DNA of 64,000 nt from Vulcanimicrobiota bacterium. Lineage in GTDB: Bacteria > Vulcanimicrobiota > Vulcanimicrobiia > Vulcanimicrobiales > Vulcanimicrobiaceae. Both the position numbers and the translations under genes were made by a program. This document shows, one piece after another, positions 43,473-52,219 of the stretch. Each line of letters starts with the position of its first letter. Position 1 is the stretch's first letter. The notes under the pieces were generated by a model. The model worked only from the letters and a program-made list of their open reading frames with translations, did no database searches and was not told where the DNA came from. The stretch is taken from assembly GCA_003140835.1 (NCBI GenBank), contig PLLA01000119.1:167987-231986 (forward strand). The letters run 5' to 3'.

Positions 43473-44404
43473 CGATTTTCGCCGCGGTTGCTGCGGCCGT
43501 CGTCGCGGCCGTTGCCGTGGAGATCGCCGTGCCGGGACGGGACGCGTATCACGCCGGATGGTTCAACGTCGGACTCATCGCATTGGTGGTCGTCGTCGCG
43601 GTACTCGCGAGATCGCAGCTAACACGATCGTCGTCGCAGCGTGCGCGCGCCGGCGTCGTCGCGATCGCGTTGGGTGCGGCGATTGCGGGACTCGCGGGCG
43701 CTGCCAGCGGTTTGCTCGCGCCCGAAAACCGGACGATCGTCGGAGCACCGGGACAGCGGGTGCGCGTGGACGACCTCGGAGGTTCGCTGGTGTTTCCACC
43801 AGCCGATGCTGAGGTTGCGGGCTCGTCTTCGAGCGGCGACGTCGTCCTCGAACGAACGAATCGACGGTCGTTGGCAATCGGCGAGCGCGGTCGAAACACG
43901 GGAAGCTTCGTTCTTCGCGCGATACCGCGCGAGGTCGCGTACGTCGACGCACGCGACGCTCGCGGGGGCGGGCTGACGGTTACGCAGCCGTCGGGGTCGT
44001 CGTTTCTTTCGCCGGTACTGCTGATGCAACAGCGACAAACGATTGCGGGGCTGAACGTCCCGTTCGATTCGTTTGCGGTTCCGGCCGCGCACCGGCTCGT
44101 CAAGGCGGTGCTCTTTTCCGCGCAAGAGGCCGACATGATGCGCGCAATCCAAGGCGGCTCGGGTCCGGCCGTGCTGTTCGCGGTCGACGACGAGAACGAC
44201 CGGCCGCTGCGCAATGCGATTGCCGCCGTGAGAACTGGCGCAAACGTCGGCGTGGGCGGGCTGCTGCTGCGCGCGGTGGTGTTTTCTTATCCTGCGGTGG
44301 ACGTCGTGGCCGTTCCGTCGCTGGCCGCCGCCGTCGCCGGAGCGCTCCTGGTTTTTGGGGGCCTCATTGCCAAAGGAGCCGATCGGAATGCCGCTGGATC
44401 CTGA
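43469..44404 (+). CDS. hypothetical membrane protein (possibly a shortened ResB-like partner of TlpA)
   Basis: ATGA overlap with tlpA. N- and C-terminal TM helices flank a soluble region. The ResB resemblance rests on position and topology only. Confidence 0.5.
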   Translation: MTIFAAVAAAVVAAVAVEIAVPGRDAYHAGWFNVGLIALVVVVAVLARSQLTRSSSQRARAGVVAIALGAAIAGLAGAASGLLAPENRTIVGAPGQRVRVDDLGGSLVFPPADAEVAGSSSSGDVVLERTNRRSLAIGERGRNTGSFVLRAIPREVAYVDARDARGGGLTVTQPSGSSFLSPVLLMQQRQTIAGLNVPFDSFAVPAAHRLVKAVLFSAQEADMMRAIQGGSGPAVLFAVDDENDRPLRNAIAAVRTGANVGVGGLLLRAVVFSYPAVDVVAVPSLAAAVAGALLVFGGLIAKGADRNAAGS

Positions 44405-45317
44405 CGTCGCACGCCTTCTCGCAGAGATCGAAGACCCGGCGACTCCGCGTATCGAATTGCTCGACGTCGCCGACATGCGCGCTTCCGCGGCGTTGATGGC
44501 GTCCTGGATGGGCGCTGCCCCGCTGGTTGCCGGCGTGCGTCACGTCGCCGTTCCGGGTCCTGCCGGGACGATCGTGGCTCGCGTCTACTATCCGGCGATC
44601 GACAAACCGCTTCCGCTGCTGGTGTTTTTTCACGGCGGAGGTTGGGTGTTCGGCTCGGTGCAAAACGTCGACGTTCCCTGTCGCGAACTCGCCAATGCCT
44701 CCGGATGCATCGTGCTGGCAGCGCAGTACCGGCTTGCTCCGGAAGCGCCGTTCCCGGCCGCCGTGCTCGACGCGCACGCCGTGCTTGCATGGGTGCTCGC
44801 GAACGCCGAATCGATTTCCGCCGATTCCACCCGCGTCGTCGTTGGCGGCGACAGCTCCGGCGGAAATCTCGCGGTAGCCGCAACGCTGCTCGCGCGTGAC
44901 CGCGGCGAGAGCTTGCCGATGTACCAACTGCTGATGTATCCGGTACTCGACCCGTATCTGCAAGCGCCGTCGTACGCCGAGTTCGGCGATGGCTATCTGC
45001 TCTCGCGTGCCTCGGTCGTGCGCGACTGGTCGCTGTACCTGCGCGACGAACTCGACAAAGCCAATCCGTACGCCGCGCCGCTGCAAGCGCTGACCCTTCG
45101 CGGCATGCCGCCCGCCACGATCTTTACGGCGCAATACGATCCGGTCCGCGATGACGGCGCCTCCTACGCACGGCGTCTAGGCGAAGAGGGCGTGCCGGCA
45201 GAGTACCGCTGCTTCGACGGCCTCGTACACGCGGCGTTCCAAATGGCGAACGTCGGCCCGCGCACCCGCGAGTTCTTGCATGCCTGCGCCGACGCGCTCA
45301 AACGCATTACGGCTTAG
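44388..45317 (+). CDS. alpha/beta hydrolase, hormone-sensitive-lipase (HSL) family esterase
   Basis: ATG 44388 after AAGGAG. HGGGW oxyanion motif and GDSSGGNLA nucleophile motif. Confidence 0.85.
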   Translation: MPLDPDVARLLAEIEDPATPRIELLDVADMRASAALMASWMGAAPLVAGVRHVAVPGPAGTIVARVYYPAIDKPLPLLVFFHGGGWVFGSVQNVDVPCRELANASGCIVLAAQYRLAPEAPFPAAVLDAHAVLAWVLANAESISADSTRVVVGGDSSGGNLAVAATLLARDRGESLPMYQLLMYPVLDPYLQAPSYAEFGDGYLLSRASVVRDWSLYLRDELDKANPYAAPLQALTLRGMPPATIFTAQYDPVRDDGASYARRLGEEGVPAEYRCFDGLVHAAFQMANVGPRTREFLHACADALKRITA

Positions 45318-45322
45318 CGTAA

Positions 45323-45483
45323 GAATTGATGTGGCGAGGTGTAGGTTGCTCTAAGGGGGCTCTGGACGAGGAGCGGAGGCAGGATGCCGGGAGCGACGAG
45401 CCAGGCAGCAGCGTTTTCGGATGGACCGAAAACGCGAGCGCCCCCCGCGAGCAACCTATACCTCGCCACATCGACTAGAATTC
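45323..45483. repeat. about 160-bp nested inverted-repeat element between convergent genes
   Basis: Arms 45328-45351 and 45449-45472 are 23/24 complementary. The central 10-bp hairpin GCGTTTTCGG-atgga-CCGAAAACGC (45411-45435) resembles the centre of the 2103-2329 element. Confidence 0.6.
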
Positions 45484-46815
45484 GGTGACGGAAGTAAAGG
45501 CGAAGCCGGAGATCTTGACGGTTGGAACGACCAGCGAGTAGTGGTAGCTACCGGTGCGGACTTGCGTGTCGGAAAACTCGCAATGCTGGAGCAAGTCGAG
45601 AATGCCGACGTTGAAACGCATATTCCGGACGCCGCGTGCGACCACGCCGTCTTCAATAAGGAAGGTGCCGTCGCGCGTCATTCCGGTCACGATCGCGCGC
45701 TTGCGGTCGACGGTGCGAACGTACCACAGCCGCGAAACGAGCAGACCTCGCGGGGTTTCGGCGACGAGCTGCTGGGCGCTCTTGTCGCCGCCCGCGACGA
45801 CCACGTTGCTTGGCTGCGGTCCGTAGGCATTGGGAGCGGGCAGCGCGTGCCCGGTGTTGGGACGCTGGAGCTTGTTCGCGTAGTAGCTGTCGGTAACGAC
45901 GTTGCGCGCGACGCCGTTTTCGATCAGCGGCAAGCGAAGCGTTGGCTGGCCCTCGTAGTCGAACGGCATTCCCGGCGCGAGCGGATGGGCAAAGTCGTCG
46001 ACGACGGTAACGTTGTCGGAAAAATACGATCGATCGAGCCCGTCGCTGCAGAACGACGAGCCCTCTTCGAAAGACTGAGCGGAGAAGTGATCGGTGAGAT
46101 AGACGAACAGCTCGCCAAACGCCGCCGGATCCAAAATCACGGTCCACTCGCCCGGCTCGACGGCGTCTGGAGCCGCGCTCGCGCGTGCCTTGCCGACGGC
46201 GACGCTGCCGGCGGCCGCGGCGTCGATTGCGCCCACGGCGGTGGAATAAGCCTCCGCGAAGCCGGTCGAATCCGAGGCGGTCATTTTGACGTTGACGGCG
46301 GCATCGGTTCCGTCGAACGATGCGAGCGCGCCGGAAGCGTTTGCGACCGTCACCCCGCCGGTGGAGGTCGCGGCGAACCCCGCCGACCAATAACCGGCCT
46401 CTTCGGCCGAGCGGAAGATCGAATCGCACATGCGCGCGCGCAGATCCGCGCCGGCTTTCGCTGTTGCCGCATCGAACGCGTTAGCCGGCGCTTGGGTCGC
46501 GCCGCCCGTGGGCAGATCGCCCTGGAGCGGATCTTCAGGTGCGAGCGACGCCATGCGGGCGGCCCGCGCCACGACGTCGCGCATCGATGGCTCGTCGAAG
46601 CGATTGGTTTGCGCAACTCCCGTCCGGCCGGCGATAATCGCGCGCACCGAAATGCCGATGTCGTCGGTGGCGACGTTCTGATTAGACATTTCATGCGTGA
46701 AACGCGTCAGCGCGGCGTCGCTGGTCGAAATCAAAACCTCGGTTTGATCGGCGGCCGACAACTCCAAGAGCCGGGTGGCGATTTCTTCGCGAACGGCGCG
46801 GCGGGCATCACTCAC
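45475..46815 (-). CDS. pmbA: TldD/PmbA family metallopeptidase subunit (PmbA-like)
   Basis: The GTG start overlaps the tldD stop (GTGAGTGA). TldD/PmbA-family body downstream of tldD. The longer track ORF is rejected. Confidence 0.85.
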   Translation of the reverse strand: MSDARRAVREEIATRLLELSAADQTEVLISTSDAALTRFTHEMSNQNVATDDIGISVRAIIAGRTGVAQTNRFDEPSMRDVVARAARMASLAPEDPLQGDLPTGGATQAPANAFDAATAKAGADLRARMCDSIFRSAEEAGYWSAGFAATSTGGVTVANASGALASFDGTDAAVNVKMTASDSTGFAEAYSTAVGAIDAAAAGSVAVGKARASAAPDAVEPGEWTVILDPAAFGELFVYLTDHFSAQSFEEGSSFCSDGLDRSYFSDNVTVVDDFAHPLAPGMPFDYEGQPTLRLPLIENGVARNVVTDSYYANKLQRPNTGHALPAPNAYGPQPSNVVVAGGDKSAQQLVAETPRGLLVSRLWYVRTVDRKRAIVTGMTRDGTFLIEDGVVARGVRNMRFNVGILDLLQHCEFSDTQVRTGSYHYSLVVPTVKISGFAFTSVTEF

Positions 46816-48286
46816 TATAGCCCACTCCAACGCTGACGCCGCGAAACCGTGCGGGTGCGGCGGCCTGCGTCGTGCGTCCGGTCTGCATCGGTTCGCCTTT
46901 TCCGCAGTTCGGCGTTCCCCAGGCAAACCACGACCGCTCGTCGGCGATCGCATCGCACGCGTTCCAAAACACCGGCGTCATTCCGGCGTAGGTCGGGTTC
47001 TTGAGCAGTTTTCCGCGCTTGCCGTTTTTTATCTCCCAGCCCATCTCGCAACCAAACTGAAAATTCAAGCGCCGATCGTCGATCGACCACGAACGATTGC
47101 TTTCCATGTAGACGCCGTCTCTGACGTCGTCGAAGAGGTTTTCGAACGGAACGGTGCCGGGGAGCAGGTTGAGGTTGCACATCCGGATCATCGGCATCCA
47201 CTCCCAACCCTGCGCACGAACGCATGCGTTGCTTTCGAGGCCGATCCCACGCGCGGTATCGTTGCTCATTTCGTACCCAGCCAGCACGCCGTTGCGAACG
47301 ATGTCGGATCGAACCGATTTCGTGCCTTCGTCGTCGTAGCCGCAGGTTGCCATGCCCCGGTCGAGCCCGTTATCGACGACGATCGTGACGAGATCCGATC
47401 CGTATTGTAGTTTTCCGAGCTGACTGGTTTCGAGAAAGCTGGTGCCGGAAAAGTTGGCCTCCCACCCCATCACCCGATCGAGCTCGGCCGGATGTCCGCA
47501 CGATTCGTGAATCTGCAGCGACATTTGCGAGCCGCCGAGAATGACGTCCAGCGTTCCGCTCGGGCACTGTGGGGCGCGCAACAATTGGGCGGCCTCGCTT
47601 GCGATGCGCGGCGCGCCCTCCAGCAAGCGCGCCTGCTCGACGATTTCCCAACCGCCCGACTGATAAAGCCCGACGTCGCCGGGGTACGTCCGCACCTGAA
47701 CGTCGTCGTTTCCAATCGCCATCGCCTGCAGACCCGCACCCGACTGGCAGATACGCTGGGCGATGCGCGAGCCGATCGTGCTGAAAAAGTATTTGTCGGC
47801 CCGCCACAGGTCGAGCCACGCGCGTCCGACCGCGATCTCCGGCGCACCGTGCAGTAGCCGTTCGGCATCGAGCAGGAGCGCGAACCGCTCGCTCAGTGGA
47901 ACGTCCGCTGGGTCGCGTTGCAACGGCGTGTGGAAGGTGTCGACGTACGGTTGGGCGGGAGCGGCGCCGATGCGCTGCCGGCCGATGGCCGCGCTCGCCC
48001 GCGCGATCTCAACCGCTCGAGCCGCGGTCGCATCGACGCCGGCGTCGCTCGTATCCGCGCTAGCGGCGAATCCCCATGCCCCGTCGACCAAAGCACGAAT
48101 GCCGAAGCCCGTGCTGCTCGCATCGGCGAGCGTCGCTACGATGCCGTTCCGTACCTCGATCCGCTCGGTCCGTACCGACTCGAAACGAACGTCAGCATAA
48201 CTCGCGCCGCGCGATCGAGACGTATCGAGGGCGCGCCCCGCAAGACTTTCAAATTCCACGCTGATGTCGTTCCTAGTTCCCCGCAA
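46808..48286 (-). CDS. tldD: metalloprotease TldD
   Basis: HESCGHPAELDR (HExxxH) motif. TldD-family length. An alternative GTG start at 48259 is preceded by AGGAA. Confidence 0.9.
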   Translation of the reverse strand: MRGTRNDISVEFESLAGRALDTSRSRGASYADVRFESVRTERIEVRNGIVATLADASSTGFGIRALVDGAWGFAASADTSDAGVDATAARAVEIARASAAIGRQRIGAAPAQPYVDTFHTPLQRDPADVPLSERFALLLDAERLLHGAPEIAVGRAWLDLWRADKYFFSTIGSRIAQRICQSGAGLQAMAIGNDDVQVRTYPGDVGLYQSGGWEIVEQARLLEGAPRIASEAAQLLRAPQCPSGTLDVILGGSQMSLQIHESCGHPAELDRVMGWEANFSGTSFLETSQLGKLQYGSDLVTIVVDNGLDRGMATCGYDDEGTKSVRSDIVRNGVLAGYEMSNDTARGIGLESNACVRAQGWEWMPMIRMCNLNLLPGTVPFENLFDDVRDGVYMESNRSWSIDDRRLNFQFGCEMGWEIKNGKRGKLLKNPTYAGMTPVFWNACDAIADERSWFAWGTPNCGKGEPMQTGRTTQAAAPARFRGVSVGVGYSE

Positions 48287-50381
48287 CCACGGCTCGGACG
48301 TTTCTCAGGACGATCTGCCCGCTCGACAGTTGCATTCCCTTCGGGGGAAGTACGTAAATAGCGAGCAATCGTTCGGCTTGGGAGCCCTCGGCGGAAAATC
48401 GCACGATGACATGGCGCCAACCCGGTTGATCCAGCAGGGTGGCGTCGGCCAGTACGTCTTCATTGATGGCGTTGCGTAACGCGTATCGCAGGCGCGACGC
48501 GCTTCCGTCGTCGAGCACGTCGAACGACAAGCCGATCGAATCGGCGGGCAGTGGCAGATCGGCCATCGCGTATGCCGCGCGCTCGTTGCTTCCGAACGAA
48601 TACGTCAGCTGCACGCAGCTGCGGCACTGCGAATCGCGGCTCAGACTGCCGCTGCCGCCGCGGGGCACGGTCGAGAAGCGCGCACGGTCCGCAAACGGAA
48701 GCGCAACTTCGTGCGATCCAACGGTGACGCGCGTGCTCGCGGAGACGCTGCCGACGCGGACCGCGATCTCGGCGTCGTGCGATCCTGCGCGAAATTGTCC
48801 CCGCCCGTCGATCGATCCACCCTTGGCTTGCCACGGCAGGATGGCCGGAAGTGCGAGCGTGTATCCGCGTGCATCGACTGCGTGGGCCGAGAGTTGCAGG
48901 GTCCCGCCATTGTCGACGTTGGCTTTGGGCGGCTCGATGGCGACGCCGGCCGGCGCCGACTGCACTTCGACCTGAATCGCTCCTTTGAGCGGACCGCTCC
49001 GCATCAAAATACGACCCGATCCGGGAGCACGAGCATAAAACGAATTAGCGCGAAACTCGCCGAGGGAACCGGGCTCGACGGTGGCCGAAACGGCGCCGGC
49101 GGCGGCCACGTGATTGGCTGCGTCGACGGCAGCCGTGCGAAACGGGACGACGGCACCGCTGACGGCGCGAATGACGCCGGGCTGCGCGACCAATCGCACG
49201 GCGGGTCCGACCGGCGCAGTACTATAGACGAAGAGCCCGTTGCCGACCGCTCGCTCGAGGCGGTCCGATGGGCTGTTAACAACTTCCGACGACGCATCGC
49301 CGAGCCGGCGAACCGCTATGGTCGACGATCCGCCGCCATCGAATGCCAAACCTTCGCTCGCGCCGAGCGCGCGCATCAAGGCGGCAAATTCGCGCCGCGT
49401 CAGTCCCACGCTGACGGACGGTTGGCGCCCGTCGACTTCGATGAGAAAGAGGCGGCCATCGGATGCGATCGCGGCTCCCGTGCAGGGAATGCGCTTATCG
49501 TACTCGCCCCCATTCGGGCCGTTGGGATCGTCGTTCCATTGTCCGGCGTGCAGGATCAGCGGGCCGCCGCCGATGGCAGTGGCGATCGCGTCGAGACCGA
49601 TCGGTGATAGGTCGCCGCTTGCCGTCACGACGTCGCCGGTCGCCGGCAGGTTCAGCAGGCTGTAGGCACTGGGACCGATGGCGACGTAGTATCCCGCCGG
49701 CTGCGACGACAAGTTATCGGCAACGCTGGTGACACGATAGCGGGTCAGCGGAGGCGTTCCGCCGAGCGGTTGGATTGCGACGAGCGTGACGTTCTCGAGC
49801 GGTGGAACGGTTCCGTATGCCGGCGTCAGCAACGAGGTGCCGCCGTCCGGCGGCGACTGATCCACCGCGTCGAGCGAAAGCGTTCGATCGCCGATTTGGA
49901 TCTGACCCATGAAGCTGAACTCGGCGATCTGCGGCATACCGTCGCGAGCGATCGCGAGGGCATAACGGTTTCGCGGCATCTGCAACATCACGCCGCCGCG
50001 CACGACGATATTGGTGGGCCGGTAGGTGTTGCCGATGTCGAAATAGTCGCCGTTAATGCCGGCGACCGCACCGGTGCGTTTGGCCATCGAACCAACCGTC
50101 TCGCCCCGCGACGCCAACGCATCGTGAGCGAGGACCTCTTCGACTTTCACGTCGCTGCGCCGCGGTTCGACGGCGACCACGCGGACGATCAACGGGCCGA
50201 TGGCGGTGCGCATCGCGTACTCTCCAAAGCTGATGCCGGGAGCGATCGTTTCGATCGTCGGCGCTTGTTGGACGATTTTTGGAAATGGATCGCCGGGCGA
50301 TAGCTGCGGCGGCAGTTCGGCCGCCATCGCCGTCAGCGGCGCAAGCACGAGGGCTGCAACGGCGACTGCGAGCAATCTCAT
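48273..50381 (-). CDS. secreted phosphodiester glycosidase family (DUF2233/NAGPA-like) protein with additional C-terminal domains
   Basis: Start at ATG 50381 (ATGA overlap) with signal peptide MRLLAVAVAALVLAPLTAMAA. GINGDYF and FDGGGSST motifs. Confidence 0.8.
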   Translation of the reverse strand: MRLLAVAVAALVLAPLTAMAAELPPQLSPGDPFPKIVQQAPTIETIAPGISFGEYAMRTAIGPLIVRVVAVEPRRSDVKVEEVLAHDALASRGETVGSMAKRTGAVAGINGDYFDIGNTYRPTNIVVRGGVMLQMPRNRYALAIARDGMPQIAEFSFMGQIQIGDRTLSLDAVDQSPPDGGTSLLTPAYGTVPPLENVTLVAIQPLGGTPPLTRYRVTSVADNLSSQPAGYYVAIGPSAYSLLNLPATGDVVTASGDLSPIGLDAIATAIGGGPLILHAGQWNDDPNGPNGGEYDKRIPCTGAAIASDGRLFLIEVDGRQPSVSVGLTRREFAALMRALGASEGLAFDGGGSSTIAVRRLGDASSEVVNSPSDRLERAVGNGLFVYSTAPVGPAVRLVAQPGVIRAVSGAVVPFRTAAVDAANHVAAAGAVSATVEPGSLGEFRANSFYARAPGSGRILMRSGPLKGAIQVEVQSAPAGVAIEPPKANVDNGGTLQLSAHAVDARGYTLALPAILPWQAKGGSIDGRGQFRAGSHDAEIAVRVGSVSASTRVTVGSHEVALPFADRARFSTVPRGGSGSLSRDSQCRSCVQLTYSFGSNERAAYAMADLPLPADSIGLSFDVLDDGSASRLRYALRNAINEDVLADATLLDQPGWRHVIVRFSAEGSQAERLLAIYVLPPKGMQLSSGQIVLRNVRAVVAGN

Positions 50382-51643
50382 CGGGCGCCCGATCCGCGAG
50401 CCGGCCAAACCGCTACCGCGAGCGGATACGTGCCCGTTCTAAACGGCGCGCCGGCGACGCGGTGCAAGCTCGCCGTATCGAAAACGTCGACCGCGTCGTC
50501 GCGGGCGCACGGTACGTAGAGCCGCCGGCCGTCCGGTGCGAGCGCGGGTTTCCACGGCGTTCGGCACGTCGGCAGCGCCGGACGCTTTGGTTTCAACGTT
50601 CGCGCGTCGAGCACGTCGACGACGTCCAGCGACTCGTCCGTTACGAACAGGGTTCCGCTTGCCGCGTCGAGCGCCACTCCGAGTGGAAACGTCAGATCGC
50701 CGCTTCGAGCGACCACGCGCGGTACGGCACGCGCGAGATCGATGGCGACGGCGCCCCCCGGCGCAGCAAAAGGCGATCCGGCGCTCTGGTTCGATATTCC
50801 GTATAGGCGCAAACCGTCGGGTGAGAGTGCCAGCGAAAAAATGCGTGCGATCGCCGAAAAGCGGCGGACGACGCGCATCGAACGGGCGTCGACCGCCGCG
50901 ACCGTGCCGTCGTTGACGTTGGCCACGTAAACGATGTGGCGGCGCGAGTCGATGGCTAACCCCTCAGCGGTTTGGCCGGTAACGACGTGACTGATTTGGC
51001 CGCCAGGAGCGATGCGCGTCAGTGCTCCGTTGCCGTTGACGTCCCGGTTCGTCACGAAGATCGCCCGCGTGGCGTCGTCGATGGCAACTTCGTCGCCCAG
51101 CGGGACGCCGTCGACGTGTGAAACCGACCATGGCGCTAGCGACGCTACGGTGACCGCGGAGCCTTGCGTATCGGTCGCGGCTAAGCGTCCCGTCCGGTCG
51201 ATGGTCGCATCGCTCGGTGCTCCGCCGGTTGATAGAACGCCGAGCACCGAGAAGTCGCGCGCGTCGTGGAATACGATCCCGTCATCGTAACTCGCCACTG
51301 CCAGGAAGGCGCGCGCGGCCGACGGCGGATTTCCGAGGCGAACGCTGCGGACCGCTAGGCCCATGGCGTTGCCCGCAATCAGGGTGGCGGTTCCCGGCGT
51401 AACGTTTTCGGGCACGAGGTACCGTCCACCGTCGCTCAAGCTGCCGGCGCCGGCGAGCGCGACGCGATAGGGCACTGGAAATCCGTCGACGCGCACCGGA
51501 ATGATGCTGCCGGCAAAATACGGCCAACGCGTCGCAGCGATGTTTCCGACCGCGCGGTATCCCGGCGGCGTGCGGTCGATGCCCGCGCAGAGCGCCGGCA
51601 TCGCCAACCCAGCGAGCGCGAGCGCGAGCGTGCGAGAGCTCAA
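50378..51643 (-). CDS. secreted YncE/YVTN-type beta-propeller repeat protein
   Basis: Signal peptide. Repeated xxLYVxNxxxxxVxVxD-type blades (HIVYVANVNDGTVAAVD, TLFVTDESLDVVDVLD, RLYVPCARDDAVDVFD). Confidence 0.8.
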   Translation of the reverse strand: MSSRTLALALAGLAMPALCAGIDRTPPGYRAVGNIAATRWPYFAGSIIPVRVDGFPVPYRVALAGAGSLSDGGRYLVPENVTPGTATLIAGNAMGLAVRSVRLGNPPSAARAFLAVASYDDGIVFHDARDFSVLGVLSTGGAPSDATIDRTGRLAATDTQGSAVTVASLAPWSVSHVDGVPLGDEVAIDDATRAIFVTNRDVNGNGALTRIAPGGQISHVVTGQTAEGLAIDSRRHIVYVANVNDGTVAAVDARSMRVVRRFSAIARIFSLALSPDGLRLYGISNQSAGSPFAAPGGAVAIDLARAVPRVVARSGDLTFPLGVALDAASGTLFVTDESLDVVDVLDARTLKPKRPALPTCRTPWKPALAPDGRRLYVPCARDDAVDVFDTASLHRVAGAPFRTGTYPLAVAVWPARGSGAR

Positions 51644-52209
51644 CCTTGGAAGTATCCGATAATGAGAAAGACGACGCCAACGACGCTGACCGTGCAGCCG
51701 ACGGTAAGGAACGCGCGCGTTCGCACCAGCGTCGAAATCGAAACGAGCACGATGGCGATTTCGAAGAACGTCGTGGCAAGTTGGAGCGTTTCGTAGGAGC
51801 GGAGCACCTTTTCCGACTGGACGTCGTCCGCTTCGGAAGACGCCTCGAGCGTCTGCGCTTTGGCGAGCACGGCGGGCGACGTATCCCGCTCGCGATTCGC
51901 CAGCTCCACCAGTGCTTGACGGCCTGCCTGCGTCCGCGAAATGTCCGAGGCGATGAGGGTTTGGGCCACTTGATAGCGGACTTGCTTGGCTTCGTACTTA
52001 CCGTAGGCGTCGGAAGCGCGCGCTTGGGAGAGAATCGCTTGGTTTTTCGTGGTCAGCGCCTCGATCGAGCGGTGATGCGCGAACAGCGTACCGAGGGCTG
52101 CTAAGACGGCGACGACCGCGATAACGACCGACGTGATACGATCGCCGCGCGTCGCGGCACCGCGTACCTCTTCGGCCTCCGTCAAGGTTTTCTGCACGTT
52201 TTCCGACAC
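51640..52209 (-). CDS. DUF4337-like membrane protein
   Basis: GTG 52209 after GAGGAA. One TM helix, a long coiled region and two C-terminal TM helices, an architecture I recall for DUF4337. The longer track ORF is rejected. Confidence 0.6.
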   Translation of the reverse strand: MSENVQKTLTEAEEVRGAATRGDRITSVVIAVVAVLAALGTLFAHHRSIEALTTKNQAILSQARASDAYGKYEAKQVRYQVAQTLIASDISRTQAGRQALVELANRERDTSPAVLAKAQTLEASSEADDVQSEKVLRSYETLQLATTFFEIAIVLVSISTLVRTRAFLTVGCTVSVVGVVFLIIGYFQG

Positions 52210-52219
52210 CCGCGATTCC

